Positions 36,447 through 46,035 of a stretch of 64,000 bases of DNA are shown in pieces. Each line of letters opens with the position of its first letter. The first letter of the stretch is position 1. Source of the stretch: an uncultured Acidobacteriota bacterium (GTDB lineage Bacteria > Acidobacteriota > Terriglobia > UBA7540); contig CAWDSK010000001.1 of NCBI GenBank assembly GCA_963804995.1, positions 416,001 to 480,000 on the forward strand, written 5' to 3'. Made by a program: the position numbers and the translations under genes. A model generated the notes under the pieces. It did not search any database and was not told the DNA's origin. It saw only the letters and a list, made by a program, of their open reading frames with translations.

Positions 36447-38450
36447 ATGAACCTACAATTAATCAGGGAAAACTCCCGGATACTTGCCCTCATCGTGCTC
36501 GCGTTCCTGGTCGCCTTCTTTGTGGGCGGCCTTGAGCGGGCAACCTTCATCGTCATCTCGATTACCAGTGTATGGCTCTTCTTCAAAACCGTTAATCGCC
36601 GCCTTTTTTCAAAATTTCCGAAGCACGGTGATCTTCCTCACGACCATATCCTGAAGCGGCTGTGGCGGGTTTTTGTGGAAGTCATCCTGCAATACCGGGT
36701 GGTGCGCGAGCGGCCGGTGGTGGGCATCCTGCACGCCGCCGTCTTGTGGGGATTTTTTGCTTTCGTATGGGTGAGCGCGAATCACATGCTGCTGGGCCTG
36801 CGCGGGCTGGACAAGGCCACCGGGGAACGGACCTGGTATGGCGCGTTTGTCGCCGTCTGGGCCGTCGCCGTCTTGGTGGGAATGATCGGCCTGTCGTTCC
36901 GGCGCTTCGTGTTAAGACCCAAGCCTCTCGGTGAACTCTCCGCAACCTCCGGGATCGTGGCGTTCTTGATCTCGGCGCTCATGGTGACCTATCTGCTAGG
37001 TTGGGGAGTGTTCCCCGTCGCCAGCCCGGCTTGGAAAGTAAACTGGTGGGCCCACACGCTGTCGTTCTTTTTGCTGCTCGTGGTCATCCCCATCACGAAG
37101 CACCTGCACTTGGTGCTGGCTCCCTTTACGATCTTTTTTCGCTCCGAAAACACCAGCTCCATGCGCGCGCTGCGGGAAGACGGCGACAACTTGGGGATGA
37201 TTCACTTCAAGGATCTGGGCCGCAAGGACGTTCTGGACGTCAACGCCTGCGTTGAGTGTGGCCGCTGCACTGAGTACTGCCCCGCCAACCTGGCGGGAGG
37301 GTCGCTCAGTCCCAAGGAAATCATTCTGGACATGCAACACGGCTTGCTCTCCGGCGGAGATGTCATCGCCGGAACCGCCGCGGAAAAGAAACAGGGTCAA
37401 GCCTTCATCGCTGAGGAAGACCTTTTCCAATGTTTTTCCTGCGGCGCCTGCGAGCAGGTGTGTCCCGTGGGCATCGAGCATGTGGGCAGGAAGATTCTCG
37501 ACCTCCGGCGGGGACTGGTAAGCGAAGGCCGCATCACGAGCGACAAGGTGAACCAGCTCTTTACTACCATGGAACGCGCGCCGCACAATCCCTGGGGCAT
37601 CGCTCACGACACGCGACAGAAGTTGATTGAGTCGAAGCAGTTTCCGATTTTCGATGGCAGCCAGGAATGGCTGTTCTGGCTGGGCTGCGGGTTGAGTTTC
37701 GATCAGCACGGCCAGGCAGTGGCGCACGCCATGCAACAGATTCTGGATGCCGCGGGAGTTTCCTGGGGCGTGCTCGCGCGGGAAACCTGCTGCGGTGAGC
37801 CAGCCCGGCGCGCGGGGAACGAATACCTCTTCCTTGAACTTTCTGGAAAAGTCGTCGAGACCTTTGAGAACGCGCGGGTGAAGAAGGTCCTGACCTGCTG
37901 CCCGCACTGCACCACGATGTTGGATAAGGACTACCGGCAGATTGCTTCCTACGCGAAGCTTGACTTGAAGATTGTCCACCACACGGAACTGCTGGCGGAA
38001 CTCGCGCCCATGCTCAACCTCCAGTCCTCAGCTTTGCAGGCCACCTATCATGACCCTTGTTACTTGGCGAGAGGACGTGGCATTACCGCTGAGCCCCGGG
38101 ATATCCTGCGCGCTGTCGGGGTATCGATCACCGAGGCGGCGCACCATGGCCGGAACACGCGCTGCTGCGGAGCCGGCGGGGCGCAGCTTTTCGTAGCGGA
38201 TGATACACGCGAGCACGGCAAGGAACGCGTGAATCAACAGCGCGTCGCCGAGCTTCTGGCTACCCAGGCCACGACGGTTGCGGTGGCATGCCCGTATTGC
38301 CCCATCATGCTGCGCGACGCTGCGAATGCCCTCAAGCGCGATGATGTGGAGATCCTGGACGTCGCAGAAATCGTGGCCAGGAACCTCGTGCCGAGGCCGG
38401 GGGTCGGGGGCAACGGCTCGTCGGAGATTGCTCCCACGGCATCCTCCTGA
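36447..38450 (+). CDS. Membrane Fe-S oxidoreductase (FadF/HdrD-like, CCG domains)
   Basis: N-terminal TMs, CVECGRCTEYCP, CFSCGACEQVCP, ETCCG, YHDPCYL, CCGAGG, ACPYC. Confidence 0.92.
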   Translation: MNLQLIRENSRILALIVLAFLVAFFVGGLERATFIVISITSVWLFFKTVNRRLFSKFPKHGDLPHDHILKRLWRVFVEVILQYRVVRERPVVGILHAAVLWGFFAFVWVSANHMLLGLRGLDKATGERTWYGAFVAVWAVAVLVGMIGLSFRRFVLRPKPLGELSATSGIVAFLISALMVTYLLGWGVFPVASPAWKVNWWAHTLSFFLLLVVIPITKHLHLVLAPFTIFFRSENTSSMRALREDGDNLGMIHFKDLGRKDVLDVNACVECGRCTEYCPANLAGGSLSPKEIILDMQHGLLSGGDVIAGTAAEKKQGQAFIAEEDLFQCFSCGACEQVCPVGIEHVGRKILDLRRGLVSEGRITSDKVNQLFTTMERAPHNPWGIAHDTRQKLIESKQFPIFDGSQEWLFWLGCGLSFDQHGQAVAHAMQQILDAAGVSWGVLARETCCGEPARRAGNEYLFLELSGKVVETFENARVKKVLTCCPHCTTMLDKDYRQIASYAKLDLKIVHHTELLAELAPMLNLQSSALQATYHDPCYLARGRGITAEPRDILRAVGVSITEAAHHGRNTRCCGAGGAQLFVADDTREHGKERVNQQRVAELLATQATTVAVACPYCPIMLRDAANALKRDDVEILDVAEIVARNLVPRPGVGGNGSSEIAPTASS

Positions 38451-38551
38451 GTGCCACACCCGCCACTGGCCTCACGTGCCATACAATGGGGTCAAATGAT
38501 ATGCTCGGTGCTGCATACGAATTCACTAAGCCTGTATGCGCGGAGTATATA

Positions 38552-38770
38552 ATGCGCACCACCTTGAATATCGACGATGACATGCTGCGAATCGTACAGG
38601 AAGAAACCGGGGCCCGAACCAAGACCCAGGCCGTCCACGAAGTCCTGAAAGACTATGGAAGATCGAGAAGCTGATTCAACTTGGAGGTAAAGTTCGATTC
38701 TCCTCCGACGCCAGGATTCTGCGGAAAGGCTGGGAGCCCCATCAACGTGGTTCTCGTTGACACCTCTCGA
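38552..38770 (+). pseudogene. VapBC remnant: short VapB-like antitoxin plus VapC start stub
   Basis: MRTTLNIDDDML..TGARTKTQAV (38552-38674); GTG-VLVDTS at 38747 then loses similarity. Confidence 0.65.
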
Positions 38771-38851
38771 ACGGATTCCCCGCCTCCGGCTCTTCCGAAG
38801 GCTGAGCCCCTGACGGAGTAACCCATTTCAGGCCCCGAGGATGTCCAGCGC

Positions 38852-39619
38852 ATGCGCGCCACCGACTTTGAATTCCGCCACCGCTTCTGGTTTATTACTC
38901 TGATTTATTTGCTGGCCTTCAGTTGCTACAGGTTTGACCACCAGAACGCTTCCGGTGCGTTGCTCAAGCTGCTGACGGACCACGGATTTGCCATAAATTC
39001 CTTGACGCCTCGGCTGGGAGTTCAGGCCCTGTTAGGAATATCGGCCGCCTTGGTCATCGCTGCCGCCTGGATGCGCACTTGGGGAAGCGCTTACTTGCGG
39101 GCCGAGGTGGTTCACGACTCCAAGGTGCGCACAGAAAGGCTCGTGGCCGACGGCCCTTTCCGGCACGTCCGCAATCCCCTCTATTTCGGCAATCTGCTCA
39201 TGGCTGCCGGAATCGCGATGTTCTCCAGTCGAACTGGTTGGTTCGTTCTGGTCGTCGGGCAGACGCTTTTCATCCATCGCCTGATCGGCCGGGAAGAAGC
39301 CGCGCTGCGGGAGACGCAGGGCGAAGCCTATCTAGCTTACCTCGCTGTCCTGCCCCGCCTCTGGCCGTCGCTTACCCCCCGAGTGCCGGCGGGTGGCACC
39401 AAGCCGAAGTGGGTCCAAGGCTTTCTGAGTGAAGGTTGGTTGTGGATCTTGGGGTTGGATGGCGCCTATCTCGCCTGGAAGCTGAATACCCCGCTTTACT
39501 ACCGTATCCTGTGGGCCAGCGCTGCTGCTTATTTCCTGCGGGGGATCGTGCTGGCGAGGTGGCGACGCCACCAGGCATCGGGCGCCAGGCGGAACGAGCC
39601 ATCTCCGCCGACCCCCTGA
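38852..39619 (+). CDS. Isoprenylcysteine carboxylmethyltransferase-family membrane protein
   Basis: LVADGPFRHVRNPLYFG, REE..L...G..Y..Y...PR. Confidence 0.87.
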   Translation: MRATDFEFRHRFWFITLIYLLAFSCYRFDHQNASGALLKLLTDHGFAINSLTPRLGVQALLGISAALVIAAAWMRTWGSAYLRAEVVHDSKVRTERLVADGPFRHVRNPLYFGNLLMAAGIAMFSSRTGWFVLVVGQTLFIHRLIGREEAALRETQGEAYLAYLAVLPRLWPSLTPRVPAGGTKPKWVQGFLSEGWLWILGLDGAYLAWKLNTPLYYRILWASAAAYFLRGIVLARWRRHQASGARRNEPSPPTP

Positions 39620-39784
39620 CGGGATTTCTTACCTTGCGGAGGAGGGCGACCCGAAAGAAGATTCACCATGGCGAGCCGGCGGGGCTGGACCTGCTTGCCC
39701 TCATCGGTCCCCTATGGCAATCTTCTCTCAGGTGTCGATGTGCGGCAGCGGGATGCCGTTGAAAGTAGAGATTGCTTCCCTCAG

Positions 39785-40549
39785 ATGACTGACGAAGGTG
39801 TGAACCACAAGACGGTGATTGAAACTGGCGAGCCCGTTTTGCCAGACGAATCCCAGCGCCTCTTAGGTGTGGGTCAGCGCAATTTTACGCGCCGGCAACG
39901 CGTCCAGCTATTTCTGGCGGACTGGATTGGTTATTTGGTGGTGCTGTTGATCGGCCGCAGCCTGCGCTGGGAAGTTTTTGGCAAACAGAACTATGATGAG
40001 GCAGTGCGGCGCGGAAAAAGCTTCATCGTCACCTTCTGGCATCGCGAAATCTTTCCGGCCGTCTGGTACTGGCGTCAGCGGGGAATGGTGGTCATGGTCA
40101 GCCAGAATTTCGATGGCGAGTTCATTGCGCGGGTCATTCATCGGCACGGCTATGCGACTTCGCGCGGCTCCAGCAGCCGGGGGGCCGCCCGGGTCCTGGT
40201 GGAAATGGTCCGGACTCTGCGCCAGGGTCTGGAGGCCGCGGTAACTCCCGACGGACCCCGTGGCCCCCGGTTCGTGGCCAAGCCCGGCGTCGTGCAGCTT
40301 GCCCGGCTGAGTGGCGCCTGTATCCTTTGCTTCCACATTGTTCCCCGCCGCGCCTGGGTGTTCCGGAAAAGTTGGGATCAGACGGAGTTTCCCAAACCCT
40401 TCACCCGCACGGCAATCTTTATCGCTCCGCCCATCGAGGTACCGCGACACGCCGACGAGAAGCAGCAAGCAGAGTACCTGCAAACCGTCCAGTCAACGCT
40501 CGATCAACTTGTCGCGCGCGGTAAGGAGTGGTTGAAGGAAGAAGGTTGA
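39785..40549 (+). CDS. DUF374 lysophospholipid acyltransferase family protein
   Basis: FWH, S..FDGE, RGSSSRG, TPDGPRGP, SWD..PKPF. Confidence 0.88.
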   Translation: MTDEGVNHKTVIETGEPVLPDESQRLLGVGQRNFTRRQRVQLFLADWIGYLVVLLIGRSLRWEVFGKQNYDEAVRRGKSFIVTFWHREIFPAVWYWRQRGMVVMVSQNFDGEFIARVIHRHGYATSRGSSSRGAARVLVEMVRTLRQGLEAAVTPDGPRGPRFVAKPGVVQLARLSGACILCFHIVPRRAWVFRKSWDQTEFPKPFTRTAIFIAPPIEVPRHADEKQQAEYLQTVQSTLDQLVARGKEWLKEEG

Positions 40550-40600
40550 AGGTAGATGGTCCAGCACAGACTTGGTCTGTAGGTATTGCGCTGGAGCGTG

Positions 40601-41224
40601 CTAACCCTGCCGGGCAAGCCTTTGCAATTCCGGATAGAGTTCCTCCGCCTGCCGACGAGTTTCTTCCTTGCTCCCCGAGCAATCGATGAGGTAGTCAGCG
40701 CGGCGGCATTTTTCTTCCACAGGCATCTGGGCGCGGATGCGGCGCTCGGCCTCCTCGCGTGAAACACCCAGTTTCGCCATCAGCCGCTCCACCTGCTGTT
40801 CCGGCCGGCACCAGGCCACCATCACCTTCTGGAGAGTGCCGCCGATTCCCGACTCAAAGATCAGTGCGGCGTCGACGATCACGACTGCATGCGGGTCGCG
40901 GGCGTGGTAATCCCGTGCCAGCTCATCCACGCGCGCGATGATGCGGGGATGAAGTATGGCGTTGAGGTGGAGAAGCTGTTGCGCGTCTCGAAAGACTTTG
41001 GCGCCGAGCTTCTGGCGGTCGATGACGTCGGTGGGTCCGAGGATTGCTTCTCCAAAGCGCTCGAGGATTTCCTGGTAAGCGGCTTGGCCCGGTTCGATCA
41101 ACTGGTGCCCGATCCCGTCCGCGTCAATGATGTGGGCGCCCAGGTCCTGGAAGAATCGCGCCACCGTGCTCTTTCCGCTGGCGACGCCCCCGGTCAGACC
41201 GAAAGTGGGTAAGGGCTGAGGCAT
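40601..41224 (-). CDS. coaE: Dephospho-CoA kinase
   Basis: GLTGGVASGKSTV, IIDAD, IDRQKLG, LN.ILHP. Confidence 0.95.
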   Translation of the reverse strand: MPQPLPTFGLTGGVASGKSTVARFFQDLGAHIIDADGIGHQLIEPGQAAYQEILERFGEAILGPTDVIDRQKLGAKVFRDAQQLLHLNAILHPRIIARVDELARDYHARDPHAVVIVDAALIFESGIGGTLQKVMVAWCRPEQQVERLMAKLGVSREEAERRIRAQMPVEEKCRRADYLIDCSGSKEETRRQAEELYPELQRLARQG

Positions 41225-42160
41225 TCAATGAGCTGCAAGGCGCGACCCGCGGCGCAGGTGCGCGGCCTGGATGGTGTTCGACATCAGCATGACAATCGTC
41301 AAGGGGCCGACGCCGCCCGGCACCGGGGTGAAGGCGCCCGCCTTTTCTCGCACGTCTTCCGGTTGCACATCACCCACCAGCACCGAACCCTTTTTTTGGA
41401 GGGTCTCAAGAGGACCCGCGGGATTGTGGAATATCCTTCGCACTTCCTCTTCCGTCGTCAGGCGGTTGATGCCCACGTCGATGACGGTCGCACCGGGTTT
41501 TATGAAATCTCCGGTCACGAAGGCAGGTTTGCCCATCGCGGCCACCAGGATGTCGCCTTCGCGCGCCACGGCGGGCAGATCGCGGGTGCGTGAGTGGCAA
41601 ATCGTGACCGTGGCATGCTCATGGAGCAGCAGCATGGCCACCGGCTTCCCCACGATGTCGCTGCGGCCGATCACCACGGCGCGTGCGCCTTTGATCGGAA
41701 TCTTCGAGCGTTTGAGGATTTCGAGTATTCCCGCCGGGGTGCAGGGGCGAAACCCCGGCCGTCCCGCCACCAGATTCCCCACGTTGATTGGGTGCAAACC
41801 GTCCACATCCTTCGCGGGGTCCACGGCGAGCAGCACGCGCTTAGTATCAATCTGCGGCGGCAGGGGGAGCTGCACCAGGATGCCATCAATTTCCTCATTC
41901 CCGTTGAGGCTGTTGACTAATTCCAGAAGTTCTTCCGTCGTGGTTTCACTGGGGCGCTCGATCTTTTCGCTGTACAGCCCTAGCGCACCGCAGGTTTTCA
42001 CCTTGCTCCGGACATAACTCTGCGACGCAGGATTATCGCCCACCAGAACCGCTGCCAAGCCCGGAGTGATACCGGAACGCCTCAAAGCCGCAATCTGCTC
42101 CAGGAGTTCTGACTGGATTTCATCTCGAATCTTATTGCCGTTGAGTATGCTTGCGGTCAC
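41225..42160 (-). CDS. folD: Methylenetetrahydrofolate dehydrogenase/cyclohydrolase
   Basis: YVRSK, GILVQLPLP, KDVDG, PCTP, GRSDIVGKP, DVGIN, TPVPGGVGP. Confidence 0.96.
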   Translation of the reverse strand: MTASILNGNKIRDEIQSELLEQIAALRRSGITPGLAAVLVGDNPASQSYVRSKVKTCGALGLYSEKIERPSETTTEELLELVNSLNGNEEIDGILVQLPLPPQIDTKRVLLAVDPAKDVDGLHPINVGNLVAGRPGFRPCTPAGILEILKRSKIPIKGARAVVIGRSDIVGKPVAMLLLHEHATVTICHSRTRDLPAVAREGDILVAAMGKPAFVTGDFIKPGATVIDVGINRLTTEEEVRRIFHNPAGPLETLQKKGSVLVGDVQPEDVREKAGAFTPVPGGVGPLTIVMLMSNTIQAAHLRRGSRLAAH

Positions 42161-42360
42161 CGTGATTCTCCCAAGGGGTTTATGAATCGAAGCGAGTTTA
42201 GCACAATCGGACCGACCCGAAACCCTCCGTACAGCACGAACACATAGATTTGCGTCGCCGCCGACATCGGCGTACAATCAGCGCCGTTTAGCTTTCTCCG
42301 GAGTGGATGGATCCCAAGGGGATTAGCTTCTGAAAGGCACGCCTACTCCGATTCGCGACC

Positions 42361-42669
42361 ATGAGTACATCTCCTGCGGTTCTCCCTGGCCCTCCTCCCC
42401 TTGAACTCGCTTCAGTTCGGGAGGACTTTCCAATTGCCGAAGCCTTTGCGTGGGCGCCCGCGGTGTGGGGGTCCGTTCTGCTAGTGCTCTCCGGCCTCCT
42501 TTTCTTTGGTCGGCCGGAGTGGTCGAAGCCTCTTTGGTACGGTCTCGCGACCTTATTTGCGGCCGCCGGCCTGGCGTTGATTCGGCATGAGTTTAAGCGC
42601 CGGCAACAGCCCACCGTGCTGGTGCCGATTACCGGTGCGGACGGCAGCCGGGAGGTCGCACTTTGGTGA
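42361..42669 (+). CDS. Small two-TM hypothetical protein (possibly truncated)
   Basis: Two hydrophobic segments; TTGCGT-17-TACAAT upstream. Confidence 0.45.
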   Translation: MSTSPAVLPGPPPLELASVREDFPIAEAFAWAPAVWGSVLLVLSGLLFFGRPEWSKPLWYGLATLFAAAGLALIRHEFKRRQQPTVLVPITGADGSREVALW

Positions 42670-42910
42670 AGCGAATCTTTCAATGACGCGCTTCGGTTTC
42701 GGGCTTTCCGAAGCTCTGCCGGCCCCATTGTCCAAGGCTTTTTGAAAGGTGGTATCCCAGCTTTAATGTGAGAGTCTGACTTTCGTCAAGCTGCGGGCGG
42801 TCCAGCATTATTCCTTTGTATGCCTTTTGGAAAACATGTATAAACGAACTCAGGAATCAAATAGCCCGAGACCAATCTCGACCCTAATCTAGCACGCGAG
42901 AGGTGAGAGT

Positions 42911-43496
42911 ATGAGCGGCTCCAGCCCCGTTATCATCGGAGTCTTGATCACGGCAAGTATCCTATCGGCAGGAGTCGCCAGCGCCCAGCAACAGCAACTG
43001 ACGACTGACCGCAAGCTTTTCCCCAAGGATTGGGTGAGTGGCTTTGTTGATTTCGCTGTTGCCCCACCTCACAACGAGCCGGATTTGAATCGGTGCGCGG
43101 CTTCGACCGGCGCAACCGGGGGGGCTGGCGCCTTGCGCAGCATTTGCCCGCTACGTGGGTAGCGGCTATGTGGAGCTCCGCCCCATCGCCTTCGGGTCGC
43201 TTCACCGGGTCTTTGTGTTTATGGAACCGCATGCCTATATGGGCCGGAACATTCCGCAGATAGAATATACCGATTCCATGACCCCGATTGCTCTGGAGCG
43301 CGCCGGCGGCATCGGGGTGAATGTGACACGAAACCTCGAACTCCGACTGACCAACCACCGGGTAGACTGGCTCGGGAAGTACCAGAATAATCTGGGAGTG
43401 GCCGACCTCGGAAAGAATGGTCCCCTGAGCGCCTACACCACCGTTTCAGCGCGATGGTACTTTGGCGGATATGGGCGACGTAGCTGGGCGTATTAG
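42911..43496 (+). pseudogene. Secreted/outer-membrane hypothetical protein with one frameshift
   Basis: Signal peptide; frame changes near the G7 run at 43118-43124; C-terminus VSARWYFGG. Confidence 0.6.
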
Positions 43497-43676
43497 GAAT
43501 GTGGGGCGCGGCTGGTGCATCCTACTCGGTCGTTCAGTATCTCTCCGGGTGAAACCCCAGGCGGGGAGCAGCGAAGTCTCCCGGAGGGAGTCTTCTCGTG
43601 TTCACTGCACAGTTCTTGAAATGCCTCGGCGGTCCTGATACTTTAACCGCGACAATTTCTCTTGAAAGGATTCCCC

Positions 43677-44171
43677 ATGAAGCGATCGATTCTCATTTCC
43701 TTAATCCTGTATCTGCTTTCGGCTGCCATCCTTCTGGCACAGACGGGAACACCTCAGGTCTCCCCCCCGGCCGCCACCACCAAGAAGGCGACTACCACCA
43801 AGAGCACCGCGCATCCGGCCGCCCCTGCCGCGGCGTGGACGACCACGCCCTCGGGTTTGAAGTTTCAGGACGTGGTTGTAGGTAAAGGCGTACAGCCCAA
43901 GGTGGGCGATACCGTGGTCGTCAACTACACGGGAAAATTCACCAACGGAAAAGTTTTTGATACTTCTGTGGGCAAGCGGCCGTTTGAGTTTGCGCTGGGG
44001 CGCGGTCAAGTCATTAAAGGCTGGGACGAGGGCGTGGGCTCGATGCACGTGGGCGGCAAGCGCAAGCTCGTCATCCCTCCTGATCTCGCCTACGGTACGG
44101 GCGGCTACCCAGGCGTGATCCCCCCGAATTCCACCCTGACCTTTGATGTCGAGCTGCTCAAGATTAAGTAA
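43677..44171 (+). CDS. FKBP-type peptidyl-prolyl isomerase with signal peptide
   Basis: [42 protein letters not shown]. Confidence 0.95.
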   Translation: MKRSILISLILYLLSAAILLAQTGTPQVSPPAATTKKATTTKSTAHPAAPAAAWTTTPSGLKFQDVVVGKGVQPKVGDTVVVNYTGKFTNGKVFDTSVGKRPFEFALGRGQVIKGWDEGVGSMHVGGKRKLVIPPDLAYGTGGYPGVIPPNSTLTFDVELLKIK

Positions 44172-44339
44172 GCGAAGAAGCCTGCGTCCTGCCGCCGCAG
44201 TCCCGCCGGGTGGAATCGCAGCAGGGAAGCTGTCGGCTTAGGCCTTCACTTTTGGCTTCGGTGTGCAGGTCTCTCGCGCTGTAATACTTTCCGGAAGGTT
44301 GGTTCGGACCGCAAAGGTTCCCATCGCCTGTGTTCGGGT

Positions 44340-45122
44340 TTATTTCCGCATGATTCTCTGAATGGAAAGCGCCCGCCCAGTCTCCGGGTCGGCATCCAGG
44401 AGCGCGGCCGAGAGGCGAACATCGCCCTTGGCGACCTCAAACCGTGCGGGGAGTTGGTCGAGGAATTTCTGAATGACCGCTTGCCGCTCTATGCCGATGA
44501 CCGACTCGAACGGGCCGGTCATGCCAAGATCGGTAAGGTAGGCTGTCCCCTGGGGGAGTACGGTCTCGTCAGCCGTAGGAATATGCGTGTGCGTGCCCAA
44601 GACGGCCGTCACACGCCCGTCGAGATACCACCCCAAGGCTTGTTTCTCGGAAGTCGCCTCGGCGTGTATGTCCACAACGCGGATCTTCACATCAGACGGA
44701 AGGCTCGCAAGAAGAGCATCCGCTTTCCGAAAGGGGCATTCAATCGTCGGCATAAAGACGCGCCCTTGCAAATTGATGACGGCGTATCCGATACCCGTTG
44801 CGGTTTTCCCCACGTAAAGGCCTTGACCGGGCGCACCGTCGGGATAGTTGGCGGGCCGCAACAGGCGTCCATCCTGGTGATCACGGAGGTAAGAATAAAT
44901 TTCCTTCTTATCCCAGATGTGATTGCCTGAAGTCAGGACGGCAATGCCCTGATCAAGCAGTTCTTCGACCAGGGAGGGAGTGATCCCGAAACCCGCGGCG
45001 GCATTTTCAGCATTGGCTAAAACAAGTTCCGGCTGGAACTCCTCCCGGAGAAGCGGCAGAGTTTCTTTCACAATGCGCCGTCCGGGCTGTCCAAAAATGT
45101 CACCGATAAATAGAATTCGCAT
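44340..45122 (-). CDS. ymdB: YmdB-family metallophosphoesterase
   Basis: MRILFIGDI.G, NAEN, GNH.WD, HAEATSEK, GTHTH, TDLGMTG. Confidence 0.93.
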   Translation of the reverse strand: MRILFIGDIFGQPGRRIVKETLPLLREEFQPELVLANAENAAAGFGITPSLVEELLDQGIAVLTSGNHIWDKKEIYSYLRDHQDGRLLRPANYPDGAPGQGLYVGKTATGIGYAVINLQGRVFMPTIECPFRKADALLASLPSDVKIRVVDIHAEATSEKQALGWYLDGRVTAVLGTHTHIPTADETVLPQGTAYLTDLGMTGPFESVIGIERQAVIQKFLDQLPARFEVAKGDVRLSAALLDADPETGRALSIQRIMRK

Positions 45123-45151
45123 ATTATTGATTTCCCGTGCGGGGACGTTTG

Positions 45152-45315
45152 GGGTCCCCGTCCGTACTTCCAACTGCACCCGACTCAACCAGCTGTCCAC
45201 TGTTAAGGTCTCAGGAGTGATTTTCTCAGGGGGGCAGACTGTTCCGGAGAAACGAAGAAACCTTTCCGGCAAATCCGCGCAGCTCCGGCTCTTCAAGTCC
45301 GTGCCGGCGGGGGCG
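45152..45315 (-). ncRNA. ssrS: Putative 6S RNA
   Basis: Canonical position downstream of zapA; 5' ccccgccggcac can pair with 3' gtacggacgggg; about 165-190 nt gap. Confidence 0.55.
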
Positions 45316-45321
45316 CAGATT

Positions 45322-45621
45322 TCAAACCGCTTCCTTCAAAATCTGATCAAGAGCCTCCGAGCACTCGACCACCTTCTGGTCCACGTGTTGGGTAACTTCC
45401 TCGTACCTGGCCTTAAGCTGATGGTACTCATCGGCGACGTTGAGCGCCGCCAGCATGGCCACGCGCAGCGTGTCAACGGTTCGGGTGCGCTCGGCAATGG
45501 AACGCATCTTGGCGTCCAGGTATTGAGCGAGTTTCTGAATGTATTCCTCGTTGAGATCACCCCGCATGAAGTATTCCTGGTCGTAGATGATCACTCGGAT
45601 GCCGTGGGGTTCTTTTGCCAC
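45322..45621 (-). CDS. zapA: Cell division protein ZapA
   Basis: V.IYDQEY..LAQYLDAKM..RVAMLAALNVADE. Confidence 0.92.
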   Translation of the reverse strand: MAKEPHGIRVIIYDQEYFMRGDLNEEYIQKLAQYLDAKMRSIAERTRTVDTLRVAMLAALNVADEYHQLKARYEEVTQHVDQKVVECSEALDQILKEAV

Positions 45622-45696
45622 GATGGTCAGAAGCCTCCTTGGATCACATTATCCTGCCAACCAGATTTTTCCCCCAGGAAATCAACCCTGCGGCCA

Positions 45697-45963
45697 TTAT
45701 CCCTCGGAGCGCGGACTTGTCAACATCTCTACCCTCTCCAGCAACTTCTCGACGCGCTCCCGCACATCTTCGCGCTCCCGCCGCAAAGCAATGACCTCTC
45801 GCTCCATGGCGCTGATCTGTTGGGCGCGCCCCTTCGTCTCCGCCCTGATCTTTTCCAGGTTCTGCTCCAGCGCACGCTTCTCCGCCTGAGTCTGCTTGAA
45901 GATCTCGATCGCTTTCAAGAGTTTTTCTTCCAGTCTCTGAAACTGGTCGTTCGAGTCCGTCAT
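45697..45963 (-). CDS. ZapB-like coiled-coil protein
   Basis: Heptad pattern LEEK..AI..ER..VR.RVE.LL; immediately upstream of zapA. Confidence 0.75.
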   Translation of the reverse strand: MTDSNDQFQRLEEKLLKAIEIFKQTQAEKRALEQNLEKIRAETKGRAQQISAMEREVIALRREREDVRERVEKLLERVEMLTSPRSEG

Positions 45964-46035
45964 GCGTCCCCCAAGAATCTCGTATCAACGCCCCACGTTG
46001 AGCGGCGCCGCCAAAGATAAAGGGTGAAGAGTAGT

